Below are positions 25,501-38,300 of a stretch of 64,000 nt of DNA, one piece after another; the stretch's first letter is position 1, and every line of letters starts with the position of its first letter. Position numbers and translations under genes: made by a program. This stretch comes from Mobula birostris (Eukaryota). A model generated the notes under the pieces. It was not told where the DNA came from. It saw only the letters and a program-made list of their open reading frames with translations, and ran no database searches. The stretch covers positions 14,219,884-14,283,883 of the forward strand of contig NC_092371.1 of assembly GCF_030028105.1 (NCBI RefSeq), given 5' to 3'.

Positions 25501-28500
25501 ACCTCTGACGTTCTTGCTATTCGAGAAACCATTAATCTCCGCTTTAAATATATCAATTGTAAACTCAGCTAGCTCCATCATGGTCAACACTCTCCTCAGT
25601 ATCCAGGACACCTTCAAAAAGCCATGGTTCAAAAAGCGGCTTCTATCATTATGGACCCCATCACCCAGGACATGCCCTCTGCGCATTGCTTCTCTCAAGA
25701 TGGAAATATGAGAGTCTGAAAACACACACTCTAAGTTTTAGGATCAGCTTCTTCCCCTCCGTCATCAGATATCTGAATAAACAATTAACCCATGAACACA
25801 ATCTCACCATTTTCCTCTCTTTTTGCACCACTTATTTAATTTGCAGACAGTCAGACAGACACATACATATACCTCCTATTGTTATTTATAGCTTTGATTA
25901 TTGTGCATTGCAATATACTGCTACAACAAAACAGCAAGTCTCACGACAAATACCTGATTCTGAATCTGAATTTATGTACAATCTGTTGAGTGATTAGGAC
26001 ACACAGGAGAACAAATGCAGATTGGAACTGATGGTAAATTACCTTCAATTGAAAGTCGATTCTATGTTCTTCAGACAGCCTGCAGGTGCAACTCTGTCAT
26101 ATGATTGCAATTGGCCTGGCGGCGACCCTCGTGTTACTTGTTGTAGGGGCGACCACTGTGGCCATTAGGAAGTATCGGAAGGAACGCGAACCAGGTAACG
26201 TGCTGACCTTAACCTTATCATGACCTGAACTCCTCGCCAAACGGTGAAAAATCCTTTTGAAGAAGAACTCACATCTAAACATCTCTTTCAATCAGTAAAA
26301 GGAGAAACGGCAAGCAAGAGCACCACCACCCGGCGAAAGGATCGAGAACGTGATGTAAGTATAATCTATTTCGGGTACACCTGTAAACCTACTCGTTAAT
26401 GTGATATCCTGGCGTTTTCACGCACACCAGTCTCTAGAACTTACAGAGGCTGGTTTAAAAAAGAAACAACATCCAGTGAGTGGCAGTGATTTGGACGAAA
26501 AGGACTTGTTAATGAGAGAGGTTGGAGGAGAATGGGCAGACTGGTTCAAGCTGACAGGAAGGCGGAAGTAACTTAAATCATCACGTGTTACGACAATGGT
26601 GACAGAAGAGCGTCTCTGAGCGCTCAAAGCGTCGAACCTTGAAGTGAATGGGCTACAACAGCAGAATACCACACCGGGTTCCACTCCTGTACCCGATAAT
26701 GCCATTTACAAGCAGAGAATTGCTTTGCGCTTAGAATAGTAAAACACGGGAACTGGTCCTTTAGTCTACGATGTGCTATTGAACGAATTGAATTCGTAAT
26801 CAAATACCCAACTGCACTAATCACTTCCACCTGAAGAATATCCATATTCTTCAATTTCCAGCACATCTATGTACCTATCCTAAAGCCTCTGGCTAACGGC
26901 TCTGTCATATTTGCCTCCACCAGCATCTTGGGCAGCGAATTCCGGGCTTCTACCATTCTCTGTGTTAAAAAAAGGGACCCGCACATCTCCTTTGAACTGA
27001 CCCCAGTTCACCTTAAACGCATGCCACGTTTCAACAATGTGGAAGAGTGATACTGGCCACCTTTTCTATCTGTGCCTCTCATAGTATGTAGATTTCTGTC
27101 AAATAACCCCTCAGTCTCAGAGGTTCCAGAGAAAACAACTCAAGTTTGCTCAAGCTCAAGTTCAAGTTCAGTTTATTGTCATGTATATCGCCAAAAGTAA
27201 CAACTTTCCTCCGGACCAAGTTGCACAACACAGTACGTATAACTTACACAGCACACATTAAGTAATATAATCATAATAACCACAAATAAATTAGCAAATA
27301 ATACGATGCATAAGGCACAAGTCAAACATAAACAGTGCAACCCTATTGGCACTTCATACGTGCTGAGTCGTGGGTGGTGGCAGGGAGTTTCGTAGTCTTA
27401 AGGCCTGTGGGATGAAGCTGTTTCCCACCCCAAAATTTCTTCTTTTAATGCTCCGATACCACCTGCCTGATGGTACGAGATAAGAAAGATTGTTGGAGGA
27501 ATGGGAGGGATTATTGACAATGCTAAGAATTCGTACGTAGGGACAAATTATCGATATAGCAGATGCTCTCCATTCCAAACAGCATCTCAGAAAACTTCTT
27601 CTGCACTTTTTCCAAAGCCTTAACATCTTTCCTATAATGTAGATGGCCAAAATTGAATGCAATGCTGTCTGGAAAGTCTAACTGCTCTTTCTATTAATCT
27701 CCAACATAATTTACCGACTCTGGAACTCATTTCCCTGATAGATAAAGGAAAATGCCATTTGCCTTCTGACCACCTTAACAAACTGTGTCGTCACTTTCAG
27801 AAAGATATGGACTCAACTCCAAAATCCCTCTGTACGTCACGGGTGCTAAGGGTCTTGTCATCAATAGTGTATCATCCCTTTATAATGCAACATTTCTCAT
27901 TTGGTGGGAATAAACTTCTCTGTCATTAGCCCGTATCTGCAACTGATCTGTATCCTTTGGCCGCCTTCTGTACTGTCCGCAACTTTGGTATCATCTGCAA
28001 ACTTACTAACCCACCTATTTACATTTTCATCCAGGTCACTTATATATATCACATATAGCAGAGGTCCCAGTACAGATCCCTACGGAACATAGCCCTACAT
28101 TAGAATAAGTCCCTTCGACTGGTACCCTTTGTCTTCTATGGGCAAGCCTGTTCTGAATCCAAACGGCCAATTCATCACAGAACCCATGCGATCTTAATTT
28201 CCGATTGAGGCTCCCACATGGAACCTTGTCAAACGCCTTACTGTAATCCATGTGGACAACATCCATAGCTCTCCCTACAAGAAATTATCATCGTCACTTC
28301 GTCAAAATACTTAATCAAGTTAGGCAGATACGACGAGCCCCGCACAAAGACAGGTTTTCCAAATGCTCACAAATCCGATCGTTAAGAATTATTTCCAGTA
28401 AATTCCCTACCACTGACGCGAGACTCACCGGTCTATAATTCTCAAGATTATCCCTATTTCCTCTCAACAATAATGGAACATTAGCTACGTACCAGTTCTC

Positions 28501-30548
28501 TGAGACCTCTCCTGTGGCTGGAGAGGACACTGAGATATTGGTCAAGCCTCTAGCAATCTCATCTCTTGCCCCACTCAATAACCTGGCGTATATCCTATCA
28601 AGACACCCACTTAACGTTCCTTAAGAGGCACAGTGAAGCCTCATTCGTTTTTTCATAATGCACAAGCAAATTCGTATCCTCCACATTGACCTCGCCAGCT
28701 TCCACATCTTTCTCCTTGATGTTTAGCACTGAACCACATCCTTCACATCTATGCATATGTTCCCTCATTTATCATTCAGTTGTCCTACCCGCTCCTAGTT
28801 ATCGTCTTGCTCTTGATGTGTGGATAGAACCCCCCGGAATTTCACTTTAATCCGACTTCCCAATGGCCTTCCATGGTCTTTTCTGGCCTTCCTCACCGCT
28901 TCGAGTTAGCTTCTAGCTTCTTTATAATTCTTAAGGACGCTGATTAATTGTTTTTAAGCTTTGCGAACCTTTTTTTTTTAACCAAAAGATCCCCTTTCCT
29001 TCTGGACCAAATTCACTGCCTGTCTCGATACTTGCGCCCAAACAGCTGCTCCCAGTTGACGTCCCGTAGTTTCTGTTTAATATTCTCAAAATTTACCCTG
29101 CTCGAATTTAATGGTATTTATAATCAATGTTCTCCCAGTGAAAAGTTAGTCACTAAGCCAAGTACATTATCAAACTCCAGTTCAATTTTACCCCACCCTC
29201 TTTCTAGAACATCTGCACATTGATATAGAAACCATTTAGGATTCACCAAACAAATGTTGCACTGTATAAATATCTTTCTTTAATAAGATCCCACTGGATA
29301 TTAGGGAAGTTGAAATTACCTGCAACAACCGTGTTGTTTTTAGACTTTTGTGTAGGATTCATTGTCTTAAAACAAATTACAGATACGACAATAGACAGAA
29401 TGTAACACCAAACCATACACGATCGTGTGACTCGTTGCTGGCCCCTCCCTGTCGGCGGGAGGTCTTTAAACGAGGAGCGGTCGGGTTTCCAGATCCGCAG
29501 CAGCGAACGGAGACACTGTTGGCGTTAGTCCACAACAGCGGAGTGCGGGTATCGTGGGTAGTCGTGGAGTTGCGGAAGAAGAGAAAGAATACAATAGGGG
29601 ATGGAATTGGACAGGGAATTTGAGGAGAATTCAGTTCCAGGGAAACAGCTTAAAAAAGGAGTTACAGATCGGCGAGGAGATAGAGGCTGGAGTGTGCTGC
29701 ATTGATAAAGAGGTTAAGGATTTGGACGAATTACACAGATAGAGAAAGGTTTAGAAGGGTGACACAGATAGAGGGTTTCGGGGTTGGAGGGGTCACACGG
29801 AGTGTATACTGGCTGAAGGGGTCACTCGGAGTGCATGTGGGCCGGAGGGGTTGACACAGAGGGGTATACAGGCTGGAGGGGTCACACAGAGGGGTATACG
29901 CGCTGGAGGGGTCACACAGAGGGGTATACGGGCTGGAGAGGTCACACGGAGTGTATACTGGCTGAAGGGGTCACACAAAGTTTATGCGGGCCGGACGGGG
30001 GTCACACGGAGGGGTATACGGGCTGGAGGGATTACGCAAATAGACTGCCGTGCAGGTGCCTAAACAGTTACACAGAAAGCAGTGCAGAGACTGCAGGAAG
30101 TTACATAGATAGGGAAGGGCATTGGTGCTGGTGGCGTTAGATTGGGAGGCAGACAGAGACGATGTAAGGCTGAAAGATACTGTATTTAAGGGACAACAAG
30201 ACGTCCATGGGCTGTAGGATACAATGGATATATTAGGTCCAGGACAAGATTACACAGAGCAGGGACTGAAGAATAATATAGAAATTGGAAGGATATCACA
30301 GGGGCAGGTTCAGCGACCGAAAGAGAGGGTCCTGAGTGTTTTTGTTGGTTGTAATCAGGGAAATTAAAGGTGAATGAAACTCTTTGCTCCATAATATCAC
30401 ATTCTTTTGATCTGGAATTAACGCGTGATTAAGTTGCCCCATACACGCAACCTGGCTAGGAACAGTGCAGGGTGGGGATTGATACGGTAACCAATCTCAT
30501 GCCATTCCCTTGCAGATCTACGCCCAGCTGGCGATTGATACTAACTGA
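16518..30548 (+). CDS. Gene A: non-rearranging VJ-C1-TM antigen-receptor-like IgSF protein, 6 coding exons, 290 aa
   Basis: Exons 16518-16560, 17268-17594, 22773-23063, 26075-26194, 26296-26354 and 30516-30548 all have GT-AG boundaries with compatible phases (1,1,1,1,0). They total 873 nt, open to TGA. AATAAA at 30952-30957. Confidence 0.88.
17268..17594 (+). CDS. Gene A exon 2, V-set Ig domain with J segment already joined
   Basis: Acceptor ttttttag|. Motifs LNC, INWYK, YSLVIENVQRNDSGIYFC, then CASQLYGE-FGNGSKLVVT. Phase-1 donor G|gtaact. Confidence 0.96.
19080..20450 (-). mobile_element. CR1-type LINE RT fragment in gene A intron 2
   Basis: SGVPQGSMLGPLLFTLYINDL...KFVDDTK and LVRPHLEYC...LERVQRRFT motifs. 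Confidence 0.92.
20780..22100 (+). mobile_element. Degenerate CR1 fragments
   Basis: CR1 3-prime tail sequence and a decayed RT. Confidence 0.65.
22773..23063 (+). CDS. Gene A exon 3, C1-set Ig domain
   Basis: AQPPTIYLLAP...VTLMCLVRG...IRWNISG...YSVSSRFQIP...WRSGAVCTC. Acceptor cattcag|, donor G|gtatcg, 291 nt. Confidence 0.95.
26075..26194 (+). CDS. Gene A exon 4, stalk with Cys plus transmembrane segment
   Basis: DSLQVQLCHMIAIGLAATLVLLVVGATTVAIRKYRKEREP: hydrophobic span followed by a basic stop-transfer sequence. Phase 1-1, 120 nt. Confidence 0.92.
26296..26354 (+). CDS. Gene A exon 5, cytoplasmic (VKGETASKSTTTRRKDRERD)
   Basis: Acceptor tctttcaatcag| after a 101-bp intron; donor |gtaagt; phase 1 to 0. 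Confidence 0.85.
26760..29300 (-). mobile_element. CR1 and L2/Rex-type fragments in gene A intron 5
   Basis: YMDFSKAFDKVP-like and NYRPVSLASVVG motifs. Confidence 0.75.
29758..30030. repeat. 30-bp minisatellite, about 9 copies (GTCACACAGAGGGGTATACGGGCTGGAGGG)
   Basis: Direct tandem units visible in the sequence. Confidence 0.92.
30516..30548 (+). CDS. Gene A exon 6, terminal cytoplasmic exon IYAQLAIDTN-stop
   Basis: Acceptor cattcccttgcag|; phase 0 matches exon 5; carries a YxxL motif; downstream AATAAA. Confidence 0.75.
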   Translation: MYAQLAIDTN

Positions 30549-31502
30549 TCTGGAAAGGCAGAGTGAATATTATCCTGAGTGAACAACGAAAGATTTAGAC
30601 CTTGTTTCGTTTGTGCGGAGCAAAAACAGCAACATTTTTCAAGAGTCGTGTTAGTAACGGCACAAGCTGAGCAACTTACAGTGCGGGAGCGACAAACTGG
30701 ACCCGCTGAGACGAAAAAGTGCACACTCGGAAGAAAGCCCACGCACAGTTGGCGCAAATGATTCACGGCGTCATCGACTGGTCGCATGCGCAGTTGTCAT
30801 ATTCCCGGATCTATCCATCCAAAGCCTCACTCAGAGCTCCCTCAGTCTCAGACCAATCGGTAATAATGAACAACGGTTAATCTGTGGTCTAATCCCTGAT
30901 TATGTACAGTTTGCTACAATTAAAATTAACCCTTGTCCTAACTACTGCTTCAATAAATTATAATCTGGCACAAAATGTTGATTTTTTTCTTGGTCATCTA
31001 AACGTCTAACTGATGGCGAGCCGCTGGTAGGTAATTGTCCAAAGGTTGATTGCACAATCACCGCTGGAGCCATGGATCCCGAATTCTTACTCCAGATCAT
31101 GAGGCGTTCCCAGTGATGGTACAGAAAGAGATTCTTTATGACAGGAGGTCAAGAAGATTATAGAGTTAAATGCGTGGCAGAAGAATTGGTGTGGGAGAAG
31201 TAGGTTTGAATTCATGGGAAATTGGCACCAGTATTGGGGAAGGAAGGAGCCGTACCAATGGGACAGACTCCACCTGAACCGTGATGGGATCTGGATCCGA
31301 GCGAATCGCATAACTAGGGGCTATGGATAGGGCTTTAAGCTAAATAGTAGGGGTTGGGTTCAACAGATTGGAGATGTAAAAGAGGAAAGTGTGGATAAAG
31401 ATAAAAAAGCATAAAAATCAAAAAAGGAAAAAGTAAGTTTGGAGTGAAGAAAAGAGAAGTGCAAAAGAGTAAATGATTAAATGAGGAGTAAATGAAAAGA
31501 GT

Positions 31503-32510
31503 AAATGAGGCTGGGAAGCATCATTTTTAGCACCTGGACAATCAGTACCGGTGCCCCCCAGGGATGTGTTCTCTCCCCACTGCTCTTCTCCCTTTACACT
31601 AATGACTGCACCTCACAGGATCCATCTGTTAAACTCCTGAATTTTGCAGACGACACAACTGTCATTGGCCTTATCCGAGACGGTGATGGGTCTACATACA
31701 GACGGGTGGTGGAACGGCTGGCCCTCTGGTGTGGTCAGAACAATCTGGAGCTAAATACGCTCAAGACTGTGGAGATGACATTGGAGTTCAGGAGGAGCCT
31801 CCCAATACTCCCCCCACTCACTACACTCAACCGTATTGTGCCTGCTGTGGAGACCTTCAGGTTTCTGGGTCTCACAATCTTCCAGGACCAGAAATGGACA
31901 CCCAATGCGGACACTCTCATCAAAAAGGCTCAGCAGAGGTTGTATTTCCAACGTCAACTCAGGAAGTACAACCTGCCTCAGGAGCTGCTGATTCAATTCT
32001 ATTCAGGAATATTCCAGTCTGTTCTCTGTTCGTCCATCACTGTCTGGTTTGGATCAGTTACCAAACAAGACAAGAATAGCTCCAAAGAACCGTCAGGGCT
32101 GCGGAAAGAATTATTGGTGTGAAACAGTCCTCGATCCAGGACTTGCATGCATCTAGAGTCAGGAAGCGAGCAAGCAGCATCATTGTAGACCCATCACACC
32201 CTGGACATCACTTGTTCCAACTCCTTCCTTCTGGTAGGCGCTTTAGATCACTGTATGCCAGGACAAATAGGTACAAGAACAGTTTCTTTCCGTATGCCAT
32301 CAGTCTTATGAACACTTGAATATTAATCTGTAATAAACCAAGTCCACTTGTACATACACAGGCATACCTTTTTGTATATAGTTCACGATTATTTGCACTA
32401 TTGTTTTGTTTGCTTTTTGATTCTGTACAGCGAGAGCTCAGGGAATCCGGCATCAATTTGCCTGTAAATTCCACATACTTGGCGATAATACAGGATTCTA
32501 ATTCTGATTC
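31503..32510 (+). mobile_element. Rex1/Babar-type LINE 3-prime fragment
   Basis: [22 protein letters not shown]...FADDTT RT motifs; (ATTCTG)n tail. Confidence 0.88.
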
Positions 32511-32957
32511 TGATTACAAGATATTAAAAGCACGGTGAGTGTAACGGCAATTGACTTGAATGCCCATAGTATTCGTAAGAAGACCAGTAAGCTTGTGGTC
32601 CAAATCAGTACAAAGGGATATTATTTAGTGGTCATTACAGAAACGTGGTTGCAGGGTGGAGAGGATTAGGAATTAAATATTCAAGGCTATTAGGCAATAC
32701 GGAGGATAGGCAGTAAGGTAAGTGCCCTTAATTAAAGATGAGATCAGGGCGAGAGTAACAGACGATATAAGATCTAAGCAGTAGAATGCTGAAATCATCT
32801 GGGTAGAGATTAAGAATAGTAAAGGGAAAAAAATCACTGGAGGAAGTTAAAAACGCAAAGACGAGGAAATCTGCAGATGCTGGAATTTCAAGCAACACAC
32901 ATAAAATTGCTGGTGAACGCAGCAGGCCAGGCAGCATCTACGGGAAGAGGTGCGGTC

Positions 32958-32985
32958 GACGTTTCGGGCCGAGACCCTTCGTCAG
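32958..32985 (-). ncRNA. Minimal hammerhead ribozyme motif in the Penelope terminal repeat
   Basis: Reverse strand reads CTGACGA-AGGGTCTCGGCCC-GAAAC-GTC: conserved core, stem II and an NUH triplet. Confidence 0.65.
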
Positions 32986-34489
32986 GACTAACTTAAAGAA
33001 GAGCTAGTAAGAGATTTGAAAGTGGGAGGGGGAGGGGAAGATCCAAAATGATAGAGAAGACAGCAGGGGGAGGGATGGAGCCAAGAGCTGGACAGTTGAT
33101 TGGCAAAAGGGATACGAGAGTATCATGGGACCGGAGGCCTAGGGAGAAAGAAATATGGAGGAAGGAAGCCCAGAGGATGGGCATTAACGGAAGTTAGAGA
33201 AATCAATGTTCATGCCATCAGGTTGGAGGCTACCCAGACGGAATATAAGGTGTTGTTCCTCCAACCTGAGTGTGGCTTTATCTTTACAGTAGAGGAGGCT
33301 GTGGATAGACATATCAGAATGGGAATGGGACGTGGAATTAAAATGTGTGGCCACTGGGACATCCTGCTTTCTCTGGCGGACAAAGCGTAGGTGTTCAGCG
33401 AAACGATCTCCAAGTCTGCATCGGGTTCTCGCCAATATATAGAAGACCCCAGCCGACTCACCTGAATGGTAGTGAAGGAGGAAGTGTAAGGGAATGTGTA
33501 GCACTTGTTTCGTTTACAAGGTGCCGGGAGAGAGGTCGGTGGGGAGGGATGGGGCGGGGCTGTGGTGGCGGGGACGAATAGACAAGGGAGACGCGTAGGG
33601 AATGATCCCTGCGGAAAGCAGAGAGAGATGGCGGGGGGGGGGGGGGGGGGATGGAGGGAAAGATGTGCTTGGTGGTGGGATCCCGTTAGAGCTGGCGGAA
33701 GATGGAGCCGGCGGAAGAATTCAGCGTCTTGGCGAACGCGGAACTCGCTGAGGTGTGGTCGAAGGGGGACAAAGGTAAGGCCTTTGCTCTTCCGCCGACT
33801 CCGTCTTCGAGCCTACTTCTTCGGCAAGGACTGTTCCACCCCCACCGATGACCCCTTGTCCAGTCTTCAACCCTCCTCCTCTTCATGGACACCCCGCTCT
33901 GGTCTTTTGGCAGCTCTGGATCTGTTTATTGCTAACTGCCGACGGGACATCAACCGTCTCGACTTCACCACACCCTGCCAATAAGGGGGATGCTGTTGTA
34001 GTCTGGCGTACTGACAACTACCATGCCGAGGCACAGTGACAACTCGCGGATACCTCCTCTTATTTACCCCTCGATCATGACCCCACTAAGGAGCACCAGG
34101 CTATTGTCTCCCACCCTATCACCAGCTTTATCCGCTCAGGGGATCTCCCATCCACTGCTACCAACCTTATAGTTCGCAGACGCCCCGCACTTCCCGTTTC
34201 TACGTCCTACCCAAAATGCACAAACCTGCCTGTCCAGGTAGACCTATTGTCTCAGCTTGTTCCTGCCCCACCGAGCTCACTTCTGCATACCTCTACACTG
34301 TTTTATCCCCCCTTGTTCAATCCCTTCCTACCTATGCTCGTGACTCTTCTCACGCTTTGAAATTTTTCGATGATTTTCGGTTCCCTGGACCCCACCGCTT
34401 TATTTTCACAATGGATGTCCAGTCCCTATATACTTCCATTCCCTCATCAGGAAGGTCTCAAAGCTCTCCGCTTCCTTTTTGGATTCTAG

Positions 34490-35318
34490 ACATAGAAAAT
34501 AGATGCAGGAGTAGGCCATTCAGCCCTTCGAGCCTGCACCGCCATTCAGTACGATCATGGCTGATCATCCAACTCTGAACCCTGTACCTGCCTTCTCTCC
34601 ATATCCCCTGATCCCTTTAGCCACAAGGGCCTTATCTAACTCCCTCTTAAATATAGCCAATGAACTGGCCTCAACTGTTTCCTGTGGCAGAGAATTCCAC
34701 AGATTCACCACTCTCTGTGTGAAGAAGTTTTTCCTCATCTCGGTCCTAAAAGGCTTCCCCTTTATCCTCAAACTGTGGCCCCTCGTTCTGGACTTCCCCA
34801 ACATCGGGAACAATATTCCTACATCTAGCCTGTCCAATCCCTTTAGAATTTTATACGTTTCAATAAGATCCCCCCCCTCAATGTTCTAAATTCCAGAGAG
34901 TATAAGCCTTGCCGATTCAGTCTTTCATCACATGAAAGTCCTGCCATCTGAGGAATCAATCTGGTGAACCTTCTTTGTACTCCCTCTATGGCAAGAATGT
35001 CTTTCCTCAGATTAGGGGACCAAAACTGCACACAATACTCCAGGTGTGGTCTCACCAAGGTCCTGTACAACTGCAGTAGTACCTCCCTGCTCCTGTACTC
35101 GAATCCTCTTGCTATAAATGCCAGCATACCATTCGCCTTTTTCGCCGCCTGCTGTACCTGCATGCCCACGTTCAATGACTGGTGTACAATGACACCCAGG
35201 TCTCGTTGCACCTCCCCTTTTCCTAATCGGCCACCATTCAGATAATAATCTGGTTTCCTGTTCTTGCCACCATAGTGGATAACCTCACATTTGTCCACAT
35301 TAAATTGCATCTGCCATG
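34490..35318 (-). mobile_element. CR1 3-prime fragment nested in the Penelope RT
   Basis: LVRPHLEYCVQFWSP motif; the Penelope sequence resumes after it. Confidence 0.88.
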
Positions 35319-38300
35319 AACCAGTTCCCCTCTACCACCACTCTGCTCCGTCTAGCGGAATTGGTCCTTACCCTTAATAATTTCTCCTTTGGCTCCCCCC
35401 ACTTCCTCCAAACTAAAGGTGTAGCCATGGGTTCCGTATAGGTCCCAGCTATGCCCGACTTTTCGTTGGCTTTGTGGAACAATCCGTGTTCCAAACCTAT
35501 ACTGGTATCTGTCTCCCACTTTTTCCTTCGCTACATCAAGGACTGCATTGGCGCTGCTTCCTGCACGCATGCTGAGCGGGTTGACTACATTAACTTTTCC
35601 TCCAACATTCACCCTGCCCTCAAGTTTACCTGGTCCATTTCTGACACCTTCCTCCCCTTTCTAGATTGTTCTGTCTCTATCTCTGGAGACAGCTAATCTA
35701 CTGATGTCTACTATAAGCCTACGGACTCTCACAGCTATCTGGACTATTACTCTTCTCACCCTGTCTCTTGCAAAAATGCCAACCCCTTCTCGCAATTCCT
35801 CCGTCTCCGCCGCATCTGCTCTCAGGATGAGGCTTTTCATTCCAGGGCGAAAGAAATGTCCTCCTTTTTTAAAGAAAGGGGCTTCCCTTCCTCCACTATC
35901 AACTCTGCTTCAAACACATCTCTCCCATTTCACGCACATCTGCTCTCACTCCATCCTTCCACTAGGAATAGGGCTCCCCTTGTCCTCACCTACCACCCCA
36001 GCAGCCTCCGGGTCCAAGATATAATTCTCCGTAACTTCCGCCACCTCATTTCGGCTGAAGTGAGTGAATTACTTCCCACTTTCCAATCACATGCTTTTCT
36101 TCTGGGCGCTCAGTGAGGAAGGCAGAGTTGGCGTTGACAAGTGCTCTGTAGTTGTACTGGCCCATATGTGTCACAAGAGGGAGATGAAGAGCTAGATGCG
36201 ATTTCCGGTTGCGATTTTGGGAGCTGGAAGCACCGGATGTCAGCTGCAAACAAAGAACTTTCCAATTACAAATGTGAAGAGGCAGTTAACGGAGTGTACT
36301 GAATGCAGATTACGGAGTCTGAAAATAGAATGCAACAAAATTTTTGCAGAACAAACTAGGCTTGCTTTTTTCCCTGCAGGACAATTGGACCAGAAACTTT
36401 TTCATGCTGGGTAGGAACTTGGAACAGAGCCAGGACTTTGCATTGATCCTTCTGCAACAATCATTTAGGTCGCGACTGATTTTGGAGACGGACAGGATAT
36501 GGGAAGGCACGTAGGGCTGAAGCAAATTACAGATAAAAGGAGGGCCGAGATGGAGACGATTTACGTGACAGGAGTCTCCAGAAACGGTGTCAGGAGCGAG
36601 GCTGGTCAGATTTCAGGGAGAAGGCATTTTGGAACGAAACGATGTAACAGGTAATTTAAGGGTAAATTTTAGAACAACGCTGAAATATTGAACCGAGAGG
36701 TTCTACTATCGGACAGGAAAGAGAACTGGAGAAAGGCGAACAAATTGTGAATAAGAGCGCTCGCTTCAATGTTTGCATTACTTTTTTCTCCTCGCTAATG
36801 ACATTAAGAAGACAGTAGGTGGGATTAAGCCAGCCCTGGTCCGGCGGAAAGGGCGAATGGGAGGTCTCAATCAGCGGCGTTAGACTCCATGATACTATTA
36901 GCTGAAGTAGACTCACCTATCTGAAACCATAACTTTCCTCAGATGGTGTGTGATCTGCCGATGCTTCCAACATTTTCTGTTTTATTTCTGATTTTCCAAA
37001 AATTGCATTTTAAATATTTTTCATCTATAGTTCTATTGTTGTATTCAGGCTAGGGATTGAGTATGCAATGCAGGGATTATTTTGCATATCACAGAACAGA
37101 CGGTGCCCTCAATCTGGCCCCACATCTCTGATCTAAAGTACTTTTCTGAGGATGAACAATTGAGAGATTCGACAATAAAAAAGTCACAAGAGAACTGTTT
37201 CTTCATCTCTGAGATGTTGTCGAGGAATTAGTGAAAAGGTGTCGTTCAATGCACGGCCCCAATCTGCTAGTTTCAAACTTAATCGAAAGATTCTTTACTT
37301 TGACTGCAATTAAAAGCTAAAACGTCTCGGAGACGCTAAAGACACGTCACAAATGCTCTCTAATGATGAAAGGTTGTAAATAAAACATTGGGAGACATGT
37401 TTCAGCATTTGATCATGTCACGACAATTGATCTTTTAATGACCGTTTGATTTTATATCGTGTCACACCACACAGCAGCATAACTGGATTATCGTAGGAAT
37501 AGCTGACACCTTGGTTGTGGATAATAATAAACCTCCATTTTGAATCTCGCCTCTGTAGTCTCTAAAACTATCGGCATTGTCTCAGGCGGAACAACAAAAA
37601 GAACAATTTATATTGATTTATAAAGTGTCAATTTAAACGATACAATTTTTGTTTGTCTTCGAGAGGCAGAAGAAACAAATTCTGTTGGAATCGACAGAGA
37701 AGTATAAGTCTGTGAAGGAGGAACGCTCAGGGAGTAAGATTAGCACAAAGAAATACTGTTGGTGAAATTTACAAGAAAGGAAGTGTTAAATTTCTGCGAC
37801 TACGTAATCAAAGGTAAGTTTAATGTCAGAGAAATGTATATAATATAGATCCTGAAATTATTTTTCTTCTGGGGTAGTTGACGTGCTGATGTTGTCATCT
37901 TCTTCAATGCTATAGATATTCCCTTAGATTCAATGACTCTCAATGTATCCCCATCATTCAAGTAAGCGGAGCAAAAGAAATTAATATACAAGGTCTAGTT
38001 AGCAGAAAATAATGGTAAAGACGTGGAAACAGGAAAAAGATAATGACTGGATTTGATAGAGTTATGGATTTGTCAGTGAAACATATTTGGCAAATCTATA
38101 TTTTGATTTTGTTATTCACAGAAGAGGTAAAGGTGAAACAGTTAACATGTTTATGAAAACAGTTGATAAAATGTCACACAGAATTATTAAAGTTAATATG
38201 ATATATTTGGCATTGATTGAAGGTTGATAAGCGGAAATAGAGCATCTTAACATAGGGTGATAAGCGAATTTCCAAGTAACAAAGAAAATGAAATGTAGCG

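Larger units (their letters stand above)
32845..36048. mobile_element. Penelope-like element with an inverted 5-prime part
   Basis: GIY-YIG-like ORF on the minus strand (33184-33504). RT segments on the plus strand (GRPIVS, FTMDVQSLYTSIP; 33770-34490 and 35320-36048). Confidence 0.85.

Noticed and set aside
29758-30030. Regular 30-bp repeats as a CRISPR array
   Set aside because: Head-to-tail units without unique spacers, in vertebrate DNA.
36060-36920. Unique-looking region with a strong plus-strand acceptor near 36378
   Set aside because: No frame yields an Ig, TM or other recognisable motif.
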